Shown here piece after piece: positions 37,427 to 51,417 of a stretch of DNA of 64,000 nt. The stretch is taken from the NCBI RefSeq assembly GCF_006345805.1, contig NC_043006.1, positions 97,030,001-97,094,000 of the forward strand. Direction: 5' to 3'. The notes beneath the pieces were generated by a model. The model saw only the letters and a list, made by a program, of their open reading frames with translations. It was not told where the DNA came from and searched no databases. Positions within the stretch are counted from its first letter, which is position 1, and each line of letters begins with the position of its first letter. The stretch comes from Octopus sinensis (taxonomy: Eukaryota). A program made the translations under genes and the position numbers.

Positions 37427-37529
37427 ATTTATAAAATCATATACTTTGTATTAATTTTTACTTTTATTGGTTTTTACAAGGTAGCTACTTGATAAAATCC
37501 TATATACATTTTATTCTTGATTATAATTG

Positions 37530-37565
<36 letters not shown>

Positions 37566-37657
37566 ATATTTATTAACGGTTATCTTTAATACTTTTCTCG
37601 CTGGATTGCGTATTCGTTTCTCTTTTTGCCATCCGTGATTTTATTTTTTATCTTCTA

Positions 37658-38044
37658 CTAGCAGTATCGCCCGGCGTTGCTCGGGTTTGTAAGGGAAATA
37701 ACTATATAAGCATTTTTAGAGATGTAAAGTATAATAGCCATCTCAATATGGCTAACCACAAAGGGGGGGGTTACAGTAGCTTTTTACGTTCTGAGATTTA
37801 ATAATAAATTTTAGAGAGTTACTTCCTTTTATATGGCAAAAAATCTTAAAAAAATGGGAAAATTGATGGTAAACTTTTTTTAAATCGTAGACTCATCGTT
37901 GACGCGCGCTAATACCCAGAAGGGCTCGATATGAATCACGACTATAAGATACCCTTTTGGTTAAACTGCACCGCAAAATGTGGGAGTAGTTAGGAATCTA
38001 AATCGTAGGAGACAGACACACAACTTCACTTTTATATAAAAAGA
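37658..38044 (-). mobile_element. Non-autonomous Helitron (same family)
   Basis: TC...CCCGAGCAACGCCGGG-CGATACTG-CTAG on the minus strand, A|T site. Confidence 0.88.
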
Positions 38045-38084
38045 TATAAATAAAGGTATTTCCTCCGTTTGGCTGCTTTTCTTT

Positions 38085-38296
38085 CTACAAGACGGGAAGT
38101 TACATTGCAGAACGGTTATTTTTACGAGTTGTATTTATTTGCCACTCGACCAGGTACATCTTGAATGGTAGAACCACTGGGAGAAGTGTGCGAACTCGCA
38201 AGGGCAGTATTTTGAAAATGATTAAATAAAATTTATGAAATGTAAAAAATTGTCTTTTTTCATACCTGAAGGTTGGATATTTTTGAGCGAACCTCG
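38085..38296 (+). mobile_element. Mariner 3' end with TIR
   Basis: HWEKCANSQGQYFEND* C-terminus; ends GGATATTTTTGAGCGAACCTCG|TA. Confidence 0.7.
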
Positions 38297-38343
38297 TAAA
38301 TATACAAACATAAATATACAGACATGTATATAAATGCATACAT

Positions 38344-38414
<71 letters not shown>

Positions 38415-38482
38415 TTCTTTCCGTCTTTCTCTCCCCCCTCTCTCTCTTATACGCATATGCGTGTGTGAATGCATGTATATAT

Positions 38483-38738
38483 GTCTCTTCCTTTTTTTTA
38501 ATTATTATAAATCTTTCCCTGAGGAGGGAGCCGGTTTCCAGCAAAGAGACAAGGCTCCATCTTTGGGATGTAGTTAACATTGACAAACTGAAGAAAGTCT
38601 TGCATATGTTTACTCTTCCACTCACAGATTGAACTTGTAATGTTACGAATCAGCCAGTCGATTTCTCTTTCTGAAAATCCCAGTTTATCCAGATTCTCCT
38701 TTAAGCATTTAATAACAAAAACTAGTGCTCCAATTACG
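38483..38738 (-). mobile_element. 3' fragment of an R4/Dong-like (RLE-type) LINE
   Basis: VIGAL...CLKENLDKLGFS...SGRVNICKTF C-terminal remnant plus 3' UTR; paralogue at 50027. Confidence 0.72.
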
Positions 38739-38739
38739 T

Positions 38740-39041
38740 AAGTATGTATGTATGTATGTATGTATGTATGTATGTATATAATGTATGTATGTAGTATGTA
38801 TATATGTAGGTATTATGTTGTAGTAATATGTATGTATGTATGTATTTTATATATGTATGTATATGTCTGTATGTATGTATGTATGTATGTGTATGTATTA
38901 TGTATGTATGTATGTATATAGTATGTATGTATGTTGTAGTATATATGTATGTAATGTATGTATGTATGTAGTATGTATGAATGTATTATGATAATCTTAT
39001 GTATGTATGTATGTATGTATGTATGTATGTATGTATGTATG

Positions 39042-39075
<34 letters not shown>

Positions 39076-39090
39076 TGTATGTATGTATAC
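38740..39090. repeat. (TATG)n
   Basis: Direct inspection; similar fields at 39805-40360 and 49183-49305. Confidence 0.9.
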
Positions 39091-39107
39091 GCACACATAT
39101 GTTTTTA

Positions 39108-39437
39108 TTTTCTCTCCATTTTCGCGAACTCATTTCACCCTTTTTGGATAGACTTGTGACTGGGGACGAAAAATGGATCTTCTATCGAAATGTTAAATGT
39201 CGTAAACAGTGGCTTGGTAAAAGGGAAACAGCTCAACCACAACCGAGAAGGGAACTTCATGGGAAAAAAGCTCTTTTCTCTATCTAGAGGGATTGCAAAG
39301 GAGTTATTCACTTTGAATTGTTACCACCTAATGATAATCAGGGAAAGTACATTGATGATTAAATTTCAATTAAATATAACATTTGATCAATTGTTTTCTT
39401 CATTCAAAATTCAGACAGAACTTATGGGATGATCTGA
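39108..39437 (+). mobile_element. Mariner 3' half with an internal deletion and 3' TIR
   Basis: PFLDRLVTGDEKWIFY (first catalytic D); ends GACAGAACTTATGGGATGATCTGA|TA. Confidence 0.9.
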
Positions 39438-39441
39438 TATA

Positions 39442-39472
<31 letters not shown>

Positions 39473-39479
39473 GTGAGTG

Positions 39480-39513
<34 letters not shown>

Positions 39514-39649
39514 ATATATATATATGCACACACACACACACACGAAATACACTGCTTCTACAAGTATATACACACGCATACATATGTAAAAATATATAAA
39601 CATACATATACAAATACATGAGTTTAAATTTACATATATGAAATATATA

Positions 39650-39693
<44 letters not shown>

Positions 39694-39861
39694 ATAATAT
39701 GTTACAATTACTCAATAGTCAAGATAAAACTCTGAGTTTCAGAAGAGAGACAGACAGACAGACAGACAGAGAACAGAGAGAGAGAGAGAGACATAGACAG
39801 ATAGATATGTATGTTGGTATGTATGTAGGTATGTATGCATGTATGCATGTATGTATGTATG

Positions 39862-39895
<34 letters not shown>

Positions 39896-40034
39896 TGTAT
39901 AATATGTATGTATGTATGTATGTATGTATTATGGATGTATGTATGTATATATGTGTATGTATACTATGTATGTATGTAATATGTATGTATGGTAGTAGTA
40001 TGTATATATGTATGTATGTATATATGTATGTATG

Positions 40035-40068
<34 letters not shown>

Positions 40069-40102
40069 TTATGTATTTATGTATGGTATGTATGTATGTA
40101 TG

Positions 40103-40136
<34 letters not shown>

Positions 40137-40634
40137 TGTATGTATTATATATGTATGTCATGCATGTATGTACTTGTATGTATGTTATGTATGTTGTATT
40201 ATGTTATGTATCGTATGTATGTATATATGTATTCTATGTATGTATGTATGTATGTATGTATGTATGTATGTATGTATGCATGTATGTATGTATGTATGTA
40301 TGTATGTATGTGTGGTTGTATGTATGTATGTATGTGTGTATGTATGTATGTATGTATAAATGTATGACTGTCTGAGCGTCAACTTGTTTACATTTTATTG
40401 TAGATCTGTGAACATCAATACAGTTTCGTTTGCGAGTTTCACAGTGTATGTGTGTGTGTATGAGTATGTGTGTGTGTATGAGTATGTGTGTGTGTATGAG
40501 TATGTGTGTGCGTGCGTGTTCGTGTAGGGAAAGCGTATAAAAACCCCATTCATGAATTTATGTATTAAATATAACCGAGACGATTGAGATGACGGTGGAA
40601 ATGTACTGTAAAGGATAGACTATAGAGAATGGTA

Positions 40635-41007
40635 AGATGGTGATGATGATAGTGTTCTTGCTGGTGATGATGGTGAAGGTGGTGGATTTTGTGGTGGTGG
40701 TGGTGGTGGTGGTGGTGGTGGTCATGGTAGTTGCTTCCTTTGTTGTGGTGATGGTGATTACGATGATCACGATGATGGTGATGATGATGAGGAGGAGGAA
40801 GAGGATGGGGGTTGTAGTAACGGTGGTGGTGGTGGTAAGGATGACGATGAGGATGTCGACGACGATGATGACAATGGTGCATATGACGATGTGGATGATG
40901 GTAAAGATGATGATGGTGGTGGAGGTGGTGGTGATGATGATGATGGTGAAGGAAAATGATGATGATGATGATGAGGATGATGAGGATGATGATGATGATG
41001 ATGTTGG

Positions 41008-41038
<31 letters not shown>

Positions 41039-41039
41039 A

Positions 41040-41089
<50 letters not shown>

Positions 41090-41210
41090 GATGGTGATGA
41101 TGGTGATGATGATGGTGATGATGATGATGATGACGATGATGAGGATGATGATGGTGATGATGATGATGGTGATGGTGGTGGTGAGAACGAAGACGACAAC
41201 GACGACGGCG
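40635..41210. repeat. GGT/GAT trinucleotide region
   Basis: Direct inspection. Confidence 0.9.
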
Positions 41211-41810
41211 GTACTGGGTATACGGAGAGACAAAAGTCTAAAGAAATGAAAGATGGGTGATAGATAGGCAGAACGTATTTCAAATCCAGGTTGGTTAACC
41301 GATAGTATTGAAGCAGCATCATTTATTTATTTATTTATTTATTGTTAGGGTAGAAGGCTTTAGCTATTTACATACTCATTTATTTATGTATTTATTGTTT
41401 TAACAAAACGATAGATGGATGGATTGTTATGGGAAAAAAAGGTTGAGGGTAACTTATAAAATGTGAACGGCTAAATTAAGCAACGTCTACCCCATCCACT
41501 CAGCCAAAAACATTGATAACGACTCAGGGAAAAAGGATTATGTGCGTGTGCGTATATGTGTGTGTGTCTGTGTGGAGGGGGAAATGTCGATACATGTGTG
41601 TGTTCATAGATATATATTTGGATACATAGAGATATCTATACGTATATCTGTTATTTGCATATATGTGCATACAAATATATATAAATGTGTGTATATGCAT
41701 GTCTGTATGTCTGCCTGACTGTATGTATGTATGTATGTAACTAAAAGGCATAGTGTTACATATATATATAGATATATATATATATATATATATACCTATT
41801 TGTATATATA

Positions 41811-41851
<41 letters not shown>

Positions 41852-42867
41852 TTTTATATGTTAAATGTGCATTAGTGCATACGCACATTATACGTCTGTG
41901 TGTATGTATATATATATATATATATATATATCAGATATGCATACATGTATACATTCATACATGCACATGAAATGAGTGAACAATAAATAAGAAAAAATAT
42001 ACAAGAATTTAAAAAGTAACTGTAAATATTCACGAGAGATAAAGTGATTGGAACGTGAAAAACTAAGGGTGACATATAAAAAGATGAGTGAGAAAAGATA
42101 AACGAAAAACGAAAGCTAGGAAGCAATAAGTAAATAGACTATTAGATAAATTAATATAAATATAAAAAGTGTGCATATGAGAGTGGGAAGAGGCCATGCG
42201 AATGAGAGAGATGGAGAGGGAGAAAAGAGAAGTGAGAGGATGAGGGAAACAGCAATGGGGGGAGGGTTGAGAGTCTATACATAGCATGGAGATGAAGAAG
42301 TTGATATATTGTGTATATGTGAGAGGGAGAGGGAGGGAGTAGAGAGAGAAAGGATTGTGAGTGTGGACATAAAGCGAAAGAGGTAGATATGGATGAATAT
42401 GTATACGAAATGAAAGAGAGAGAGAGAGTAAGAAAGGGATAGATACAAAGGGGCGGGTGAAAATGTATTTATACAATCGTTGAAGGACAAGAGGTGTATA
42501 CAGCGCGTGTGATCGTGTGTGCAGAAAGGCAACGGGAGAAGAAAAAGGATAAAGAACGAGAGAGGGGAAAGAAAGATATAGAAACTTAGTGAGTCGAGAA
42601 GATACAGAAGCCAGGAATCAAGTACAGACAGAATGAAAGAGAATCTATATACACATTAGTGCGCATGCGTGTATTTTACGTAAGTAAGCATATGCATATA
42701 TGTATACATACATTCATTCACACACATATCAAGGAAAATCTATTTACAAAACCTATGTGTATGCCTCCCAATATCTTGTGAAATGGCTGCTTCCAATGTG
42801 TGCACGAAACTTTAATACCAATGGAGCTGAGTCAAACTCGTATTATATGCACACATACACACACACA

Positions 42868-42907
<40 letters not shown>

Positions 42908-43017
42908 GATATATATATATATAGTATATTATATATATATATACACACACATCAAGGGGGTCGGCTTGATAATTGCTGGAAATGCACGGCGTGAAACCAG
43001 TGGTAGCCTTGTAAAAT

Positions 43018-43426
43018 TTACACTTTTACTTGTTTCAGTCGATTGCGGCTATGCTGGGGCACCACCTTTAATCGAGCAAATCGACTCCAGGCTTAGTCTT
43101 TGTAAGCCTAGTACTTATTCTATCGGTCTCTTTTGCCGAACCGCTAGGTTACGGGGACGTAAACACACAAGCATCGGTTGTCGAGCGATGTTGGGGAGGG
43201 AGTAACACAGACACACAAACATATACACACATACAATTATATATATACATATATATATATATATAAATATATATATATACGACGGGCTTCTGTCAGTTTC
43301 CGTCTACCAAATTCACTCATAAGCTTTTGCTCGGCCGGAGGCGCGAAGGAGTGGCTGCGTGGTAAGTAGCTTGCTAACCAACCACATGGTTCTGGATTCG
43401 GTTCCACTGTGTGGCACCTTGGGCAA
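43018..43426 (-). mobile_element. SINE family A with an inverted 5' head (43339-43426 on +)
   Basis: Body on the minus strand joined through AGGC to the head in plus orientation. Confidence 0.85.
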
Positions 43427-43509
43427 AACATGCAAATAAAGAATATTAATCCCATGTGGTAGTGTTGAGCATTTATTCTTACTAATCGATGTATATATAT
43501 ATATATATA

Positions 43510-43907
43510 TCTTTATATATAAAAGTGAAGTTGTGTGTCTGTCTCCTACGATTTAGATTCCTAACTACTCCCACATTTTGCGGTGCAGTGTAACCAAAAG
43601 CGGGTATCTTATTGTCGTGATTCATATCGAGCCCTTCTGGGTATTACCGCGCGTCTACGATGAGTCTACGATTTTAAAAAAAATTACCATCCTTTTTTCC
43701 CATTTTTAATGCATTTTTTGCTATTATATAAGGGAAGTAACTCTCTAAAAATGTATTATTAAATCTCAGAACGTAAAAAGCTACAGTAACACCCCCCTTT
43801 GTGGTTAGCCATATTGAGATGGCTATTATACATTACATCTCTAAAAATGCTTATATAGTTATAGTTATTTCCCTTACAAACCCGAGCAACGCCGGGCGAT
43901 ACTGCTA

Positions 43908-43908
<1 letters not shown>
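43510..43908 (+). mobile_element. Non-autonomous Helitron (same family)
   Basis: A|TC...CCCGAGCAACGCCGGGCGATACTGCTAG|T within (TA)n. Confidence 0.9.
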
Positions 43909-43951
<43 letters not shown>

Positions 43952-44174
43952 GTTTGTGTGTGTGCGTGTATTCTACAATTCTCTCCATAGCTAATCGGAG
44001 CTCCACGCATGTGCAACCGTCCAGGTTCTCTTGTACTGAAGGCAGAAAAACAAACTAGTGACTACAACTGTTACTGATTCCTATTTCCTAGAGATCGTGT
44101 TGTGAGCTTTAGAATCCTTTATTTCTGTAAATGGAGATTAGTAATTTTCATCCTGGTGAGCTCGCAACTTATTT

Positions 44175-44347
44175 TAGGTGTAGGAGTGGCTGTGTGGTAA
44201 GAAGCTTGTTTACGAACCACATGGTTCCGGGTTCAGTCCCACTGCGTGGCACCTTGGGCAAGTGTCTTCTACTATAGCCTCGGGCCGACCAAAGCTTTGC
44301 GAGTGGATTTGGTAGACAGAAACTGAAAGAAGCCCGTCGTATATATG

Positions 44348-44431
<84 letters not shown>

Positions 44432-44661
44432 GTGTGTGTGTGTGTGTGTATGTGTGTTTGTGTCCCCAGCATCGCTTGACAACCAATGCTGGTGTGTTTA
44501 CGTCACTGTAACTTATCGGTTCGGCAAAAGCGTCCGATAGAATAAATACTAGGCTTACAAAGAATAAGTCCTGGGGTCGATTTGCTTGACTAAAGGCGGT
44601 GCTCCAGCATGGCCACAGTCAAATGACTGAAACGAGTAAAAGTTAAAAGAGTAAAAGAGTA
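44175..44661 (+). mobile_element. SINE family A
   Basis: Full length, with AGTAAAAG tail repeats. Confidence 0.92.
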
Positions 44662-46073
44662 TCTGTCATACAGTTTCCGATACACAGCTATCTGTATTGG
44701 CTGAGTTCCAGTACTGCCCTACAATAAAGTGACTTTAACAAATTTGGTTATAAGAGAAACCTTCATGCTGTAGGAAATCTAGAATGTTGAATCTAATATG
44801 GTTCAAACCACCACATATATGATATGAATGTAAAAACCAATAGAACCAGAAACTTCCTGTCGTTATTAGATTTATAGTTTCTATTTACACAAATTACACA
44901 TCTTTTTCAACTAAAGTAATACTCTAAGCAACTATTGAGGTTTATTTTTTCAACATTGCACCTCATGGAACGTAACAAAACACGCACAGTCGGATAATCA
45001 CTATTGCTCATTCCAAAAGCTAATCAATTTCACGTTCCCTTAGGATTACCCGTTGTGCCTCCATGGCACGATTATGTACATAACATGATAGTATCTAAAG
45101 CATCTCAGGCCACAGTATCCTTGGAAATTATAATAGAGTAACAGAATATACCTTTAAGAGTAGATTCAATCAGTACACATATTCCTTTAGTTTGAAAAAT
45201 GAAAGAAGCACCATTTTTCCACGTATGGGAACCGAAAACAATTGGGTTTGAAAACGTCTCTGCAATCCGGGGGAAATAGACACTGCAAACCCGTTCAGTA
45301 ATGGAGTAAAAAGTTTACAATAAGCTTAATGCGAAAATTTTATTTCCTAGCTCAGAATCCATGGTCACAAAGTAGAGGTGGTGAAATGCTGAGTCACTGC
45401 AAACAGAGGGCAAAATTAATATTAAAAAATTTCAAATACAAACGAATTTATATAGGTTAGAGATCAACAAAAGACAAGAAGAACAGCTTTCTATGTCGAA
45501 GGACTATGTGTATCTATCAGTCTGCTTGGATATATTTACGTGCGTGTTTGCGTGTGTGGTCATATGTATCCATGTGTATGACACTAAATTCCTTTGACGT
45601 CGGTTTTTGCTGCTTGTTACGACTTTTATTTCACAATTTTTGTTTCAGTGATTCACTTTTGCTGTTTGCTTGATCCTCTTGTATCTGTCCTGTTTATATT
45701 TTTTAGGTGATTTTTTTTTACCTTTTCTTTTTGACCCTTTCATCTTCATTTGCTCTTATTTTTATTCATTTCTTTCATTCGGGTTCCTTCAGTCATTCAT
45801 TCATTTATTTTTCTCTTTATATTTTATTCGTGAAATTTATTTCAGTGGTTTTCTCATGCCATTTTTGTGTACATTTTAAAAAATATTTTCTTTTCATTTT
45901 CGCTCATTTTATCTAATTATATATCTAATTTCCATTCAATCTGTTTATCTACAACTCTCTTCCCTTCTCTCTTCCCGTTCCAATCTTCTCTTTATCTCAT
46001 TAACTCTCTTCCTCACGTACAATCTCTCTTTCTTTATTCCACTCAATTTCTTTTCTTTTGCCTTCATCCTCTT

Positions 46074-46133
<60 letters not shown>

Positions 46134-46494
46134 GTTAATATATTCTTTTCTATCGACATCCATCCTTCCTAGATCTCAGTTTCTGTCAGGTTGTCAGGCT
46201 ATATCTCGCTTCAGTACGCGTTCGTTTACAGCCATATCCACGTACGTTTTTTCTATATAAACACACACTTACATACATATATATATAGAGAGACATATGT
46301 GTATATATGTGTGTGCATGTATGTGTATGCATATGTATAAACATGCAAACAAGTATATGTAAACACACACACACACACATATATATGCATACATATGTGT
46401 GTGTACATACATAGCTATATATACATACATATATATGTATACATATATATGTGTATGTCTGTGTATACATACGTATATATATATATATATATAA

Positions 46495-46527
<33 letters not shown>

Positions 46528-46571
46528 AATATGCATACATACATATATATGCCACACACCACACACAACAC

Positions 46572-46609
<38 letters not shown>

Positions 46610-46696
46610 ATGTATGTATATATATACATACATACATATGTAAATATATATTTCTCATTCACTCTTTTTCACTTCTGTTTCTTTATCTATCTCTTC

Positions 46697-46768
<72 letters not shown>

Positions 46769-46769
46769 G

Positions 46770-46836
<67 letters not shown>

Positions 46837-47411
46837 TCTGAGTCTCTGTCTGGCTTTCTATTTTCTCATCTATTTAAACATCTATCTGTCTATCAATCTC
46901 CTCTCTCTCTCTCTCTCACTCTCAATCTCTGTATACCTGTATATAACTATCTATTTGTACTTAAACTACCTAGCTCTGCCAATGTCATCTAAATCATTCG
47001 CTCTCTCTGAAACTTTCTCTCTTCCCCCCTCTCTCTCTCTGTCTCACTCACTCACTCACTCTGTTTCTTTCTTTCTTTCTTTCTTTCACCATCAGTCAAT
47101 TCATTCTGTATCTCTATCTTTATCTAAATTCCTGCCACTCGTCTTCTGTCTGGACCGATTAATTGCAGACTTGCGGATAACTGATGTGTGATAAAATTGT
47201 TTGCTTTTTTTCCTCCATGTGTATTTGTGTGTGTGTGTGTATGTGTGTGATGCATATAATATATATATATATATATAATTATATATAATATTATGCATAT
47301 GTACATATATATGCATATATATTTTATATATATATATGTATATATATATATACATATATATATATATGCATATATATATGCATATATATGTACATATGCA
47401 TATTGATTTAA

Positions 47412-47451
<40 letters not shown>

Positions 47452-47523
47452 TTGTATAACATTTTCCCTCTTATCCATTTTCATTTTGCTTCAAGCTCAT
47501 GTTGATGCTCTTCATCATCATCA

Positions 47524-47559
<36 letters not shown>

Positions 47560-48093
47560 GTCGTCATCATCGTCATCATCATCACCATCATTCAAAGTCA
47601 TTTTCTTGTTTTATTTAATGTTTCGTCTGTAAATGATCTGTCAATTTTCCAGTTAGTATCACATTGATTATATTGATGTCGCTGTTATTGTTGTTGTTGT
47701 TGTTGTTGCTGCTGTTTTAGCTTTTATTGTTTGTTTGTCTTTTGGGGTTTTTTTTTGTTTGTTTTTTTGCTTTTTTTATGTCGTTACTGCAATGGCAATG
47801 GATTATATTGCTGATGATGATGTTGACGATGATGTTGACGATGATGATGATGATAATGAAAACGGCTGTGATTACGTCGTTGGTGTTGTTCCTACTGATG
47901 TTACTACTGCTGATGTTGTTGTTGTTGCTATTCGTCGTGGTGGTACTGGTAGTAGTTATGGGGCGGAGATGATGATGATGATGATTATGGTGGTCGTGGT
48001 CGTGGTGGTCGTCGTCGTCGTGATGGTGGTGCTAATGATGATGAAGATAATGGTATCGTAGTGGTAGTGGAGATGTTTGTGATGATCATGATG

Positions 48094-48125
48094 AGAAGAA
48101 GAAGATGGAGGAGGAGGAGGAGGAG

Positions 48126-48157
<32 letters not shown>

Positions 48158-48300
48158 GAAGAAGAAGAAGAAGAAGAAGAAGAAGAAGAAGAAAAGAAGA
48201 AGAAGAAGAAGAAGAAGAAGAAGAAGAAGAAGAAGAAGAAGAAGAAGAAGAAGAAGAAGAAGAAGAAGAAGAAGAAGAAGAAGAGCAACAACAACAACAA
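48094..48300. repeat. (GAA)n with short GGA and CAA runs
   Basis: Direct inspection. Confidence 0.95.
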
Positions 48301-48835
48301 CTCAGGAGGCACCCATTTTCCAAGTTTACGAACCTTTCCAAGTTGTGGAAGATGACGATGAACAGTTGTATGGTTTGAATTAAGCTTTATTGCCAATTCT
48401 TCAACTGATAATGCAGGATTTTCTTCAAGTAATGCCTCACGGAGCTAATCATCAAACTCAACTGGACGTCCGGTTCGATCTTCATCTTCATGGCTGAAAT
48501 CTCCACTTCTGAATTTTGCAAGCCATCTTCTGCAAGTTCTTTCATTCAAGCATTCTTTCCCATAAAATGAGGGTATGTTTCAAGTCGCTTCGGCTCCAAA
48601 TTTTCCGTTTTCGTACATTATGTGCCCCAAATGCTCTTTGGATACGTCCATATTAGAAAGGATTTTAATCAAAGAAATTTTAATTCTATTATTCTGTAAA
48701 ATAATATTTAATTAGTTTAAATGTACACAAATGCATAAAAATAATTTTTAATTCCATTAGACATTCTAAAATACTATTAAATTTCATTCAATTTTTAAAG
48801 AGCTAAAATCGGACAGAACTTATGGGATGACCTGA
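48298..48835 (-). mobile_element. Mariner 5' half with TIR
   Basis: TIR TA|TCAGGTCATCCCATAAGTTCTGTCC; ATG at 48651 (MDVSKEHLGHIM); ends at GKWVPPEL (WVPHEL motif). Confidence 0.9.
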
Positions 48836-48925
48836 TATATATATATATATATAATATATATATATATATAGATATATATATAAGATATAGTATATATATA
48901 TATATTATAATATATATATATAATT

Positions 48926-48958
<33 letters not shown>

Positions 48959-49206
48959 TATATACTTGCGTGTGCGTTTTTGCTAGAGAGTTACAATATG
49001 GGTAATGTATGCATATTCTCCTTGTACAGCTTTAGTCGAGATTCAGCTCGCTGTTATATATTTCCTATTGACTTTGCTCATAGCACCAACTAATTTCTAA
49101 TTAACTATTGCGCACTTACTGAGTAGATGAATTAAGATGTACCCTGTGAGGTTTATGCGTGTCTCGTTGCCTCATAACCGCATATGTATGTATGTATGTA
49201 TGTATG

Positions 49207-49240
<34 letters not shown>

Positions 49241-49319
49241 TGTATGTATGTATGTATGTATGTATGTATGCATGTATGTATGTATGCATGTATGTATGTA
49301 TGTGTATATGTGCATATAT

Positions 49320-49592
<273 letters not shown>

Positions 49593-50026
49593 TAACAGAA
49601 ACAATAGGGCGATAGAGACGGAAAATGGCATACACGGGAAACTTTATTGCTCACTACGATCGTTTCGACACATCCTGCATCGATCCATCGCAGGTGGAAA
49701 ACCGTGCAAGTAGCAGTGGTGCATCCTCGCTGTGCAAAAGTGTGACATTAAGTGATGTAATAAGAGATATCTCGTTAATTAAGCACTTTTTTGTTCAGAT
49801 TTAATACAGCACGTTGTAAGTGTCCGTAGATTAAGGCTGTTCGGCATTTTCCATCTCTTTTGTTTGTTTTATACTCAACATACACTGAGGATTTCCAGCG
49901 ACCATTGTGTAATTACCAGGGATGACGCCAGGTAGCCATAAACAGTGAACGTGCTTTATCGGCGTACTACTAGGAATATACCCAACACTTAAATATAAAT
50001 ATATATTAGTGTGTGTATGTATGTAT

Positions 50027-50284
50027 GTCCCTTATATTTTTTAATTATTATAAATCTTTCTCCGAGGAGGTAACTGGTTTTCAACAAAGATACCAGGCTC
50101 TATCTTTGGGATGTAGTTAACACAGACAAATTCACATTTGGAACTTGAGAAAAGTCTTGCATATTTTTACTGTTCCACTCACAGATTGCACTTGTAATGT
50201 ACGAATTAGCCGGTCGATATCTCTCTCTGAAAATCCCAGTTTATCCACTTTTCCTTTTACTAACAAAACCTAGTGCTCCAATAC
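50027..50284 (-). mobile_element. 3' fragment of an R4/Dong-like LINE
   Basis: Homologous to 38483-38738, flanked by TATG repeats on both sides. Confidence 0.72.
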
Positions 50285-50499
50285 GTATGTATGCGTGTGT
50301 GTATGTATGTATGTATGTATGTATGTATGTATGTATGTATGTATGTATGCATGCATGTATGTATGTATGTATGTATTATGTATGTATGTATGTATGTATC
50401 TTTGTATTATGTATGTATGTATGTATGTATGTGTGTATGTATGCATGTATCCGTCAGCTATATTGTAAGCACAGAGTTTAAGGCACAATTGTTAACACA

Positions 50500-50960
50500 A
50501 TTGTTAGCACGCCGGGCAAAATACTTAGCGGAATTTCGTCGGTTTTTACGTTCAGATGTTCGAATTCTGCCGTGGTTGACTTTACTTTTCATCTTTTTGA
50601 GGGTCGATAAAATAAGTATCAGTTGAACACTGGGTGTGGGTGTGGGGAGGTTGGTCAATGTAATCGACTTATCCCACTTACCGAAATTACTGGCTTTGTT
50701 ACCGAAATTTGAAACCAATATGATAACCACAAGGTATTTTTCAAACACAAAACATCAAAAGTCAGTGAATTGGGAGAGTCGTGAGAGCATCAGAAAAAAT
50801 TGCTTTGCTGTATTTGCATCGGCTCTTTACGTTCTGAGTTCAAATCTCGCCAAGCTCAAATTTGTCTTTCATTCTTTCAAGGTTGATAAAATGAAGTACT
50901 AGTCTTGGATACTGTCTGTTAATCGACTAACCTCAGTCCTTTAAAAATTGCTGACCCTAA
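50500..50960 (+). mobile_element. Two diverged SINE family D copies
   Basis: GTTAGCACGCCGGGCAAAAT head; TTTACGTTCTGAGTTCAAAT; GATAAAAT(A/G)AG. Confidence 0.7.
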
Positions 50961-51417
50961 AACAGAATCCTTTAGACAGTAACAGTTTAAATACTTTGGG
51001 GTGGTGTACAGTAATGCAGCAGAAGAATTATATGTGGAGGAACTGGTTAAACAACTTGCGATATACATTAGTACGGATATTGTTCAATCGTTAAACAGGT
51101 CAACCAGTGTGTGATATGCTGTAGCATAGCTTTTTAAGTTTATAATTAAAAATCTAACCGCGTTAAAGCTTGCTCTTTATCGTTCAGACTGAAAACAGGA
51201 CTGTGTGATTAAGATCACTTAGAAAGCATGTGGCTTTTGGTTCATTCTCATGGTGCTGCGGCTTGGGCAAATAAGCTCAGGTTGACCAAAGCGTAGTTGA
51301 CGGAAACAGTGTGGAAGCCCGTTTGATGGCTCGTTCGTATTCTTGAGCGGTTGACTTAATTTGCTGCACTATTCAACACCACACAGCCTGACAGTTAACT
51401 GCTTTTAGATGAGTCCG

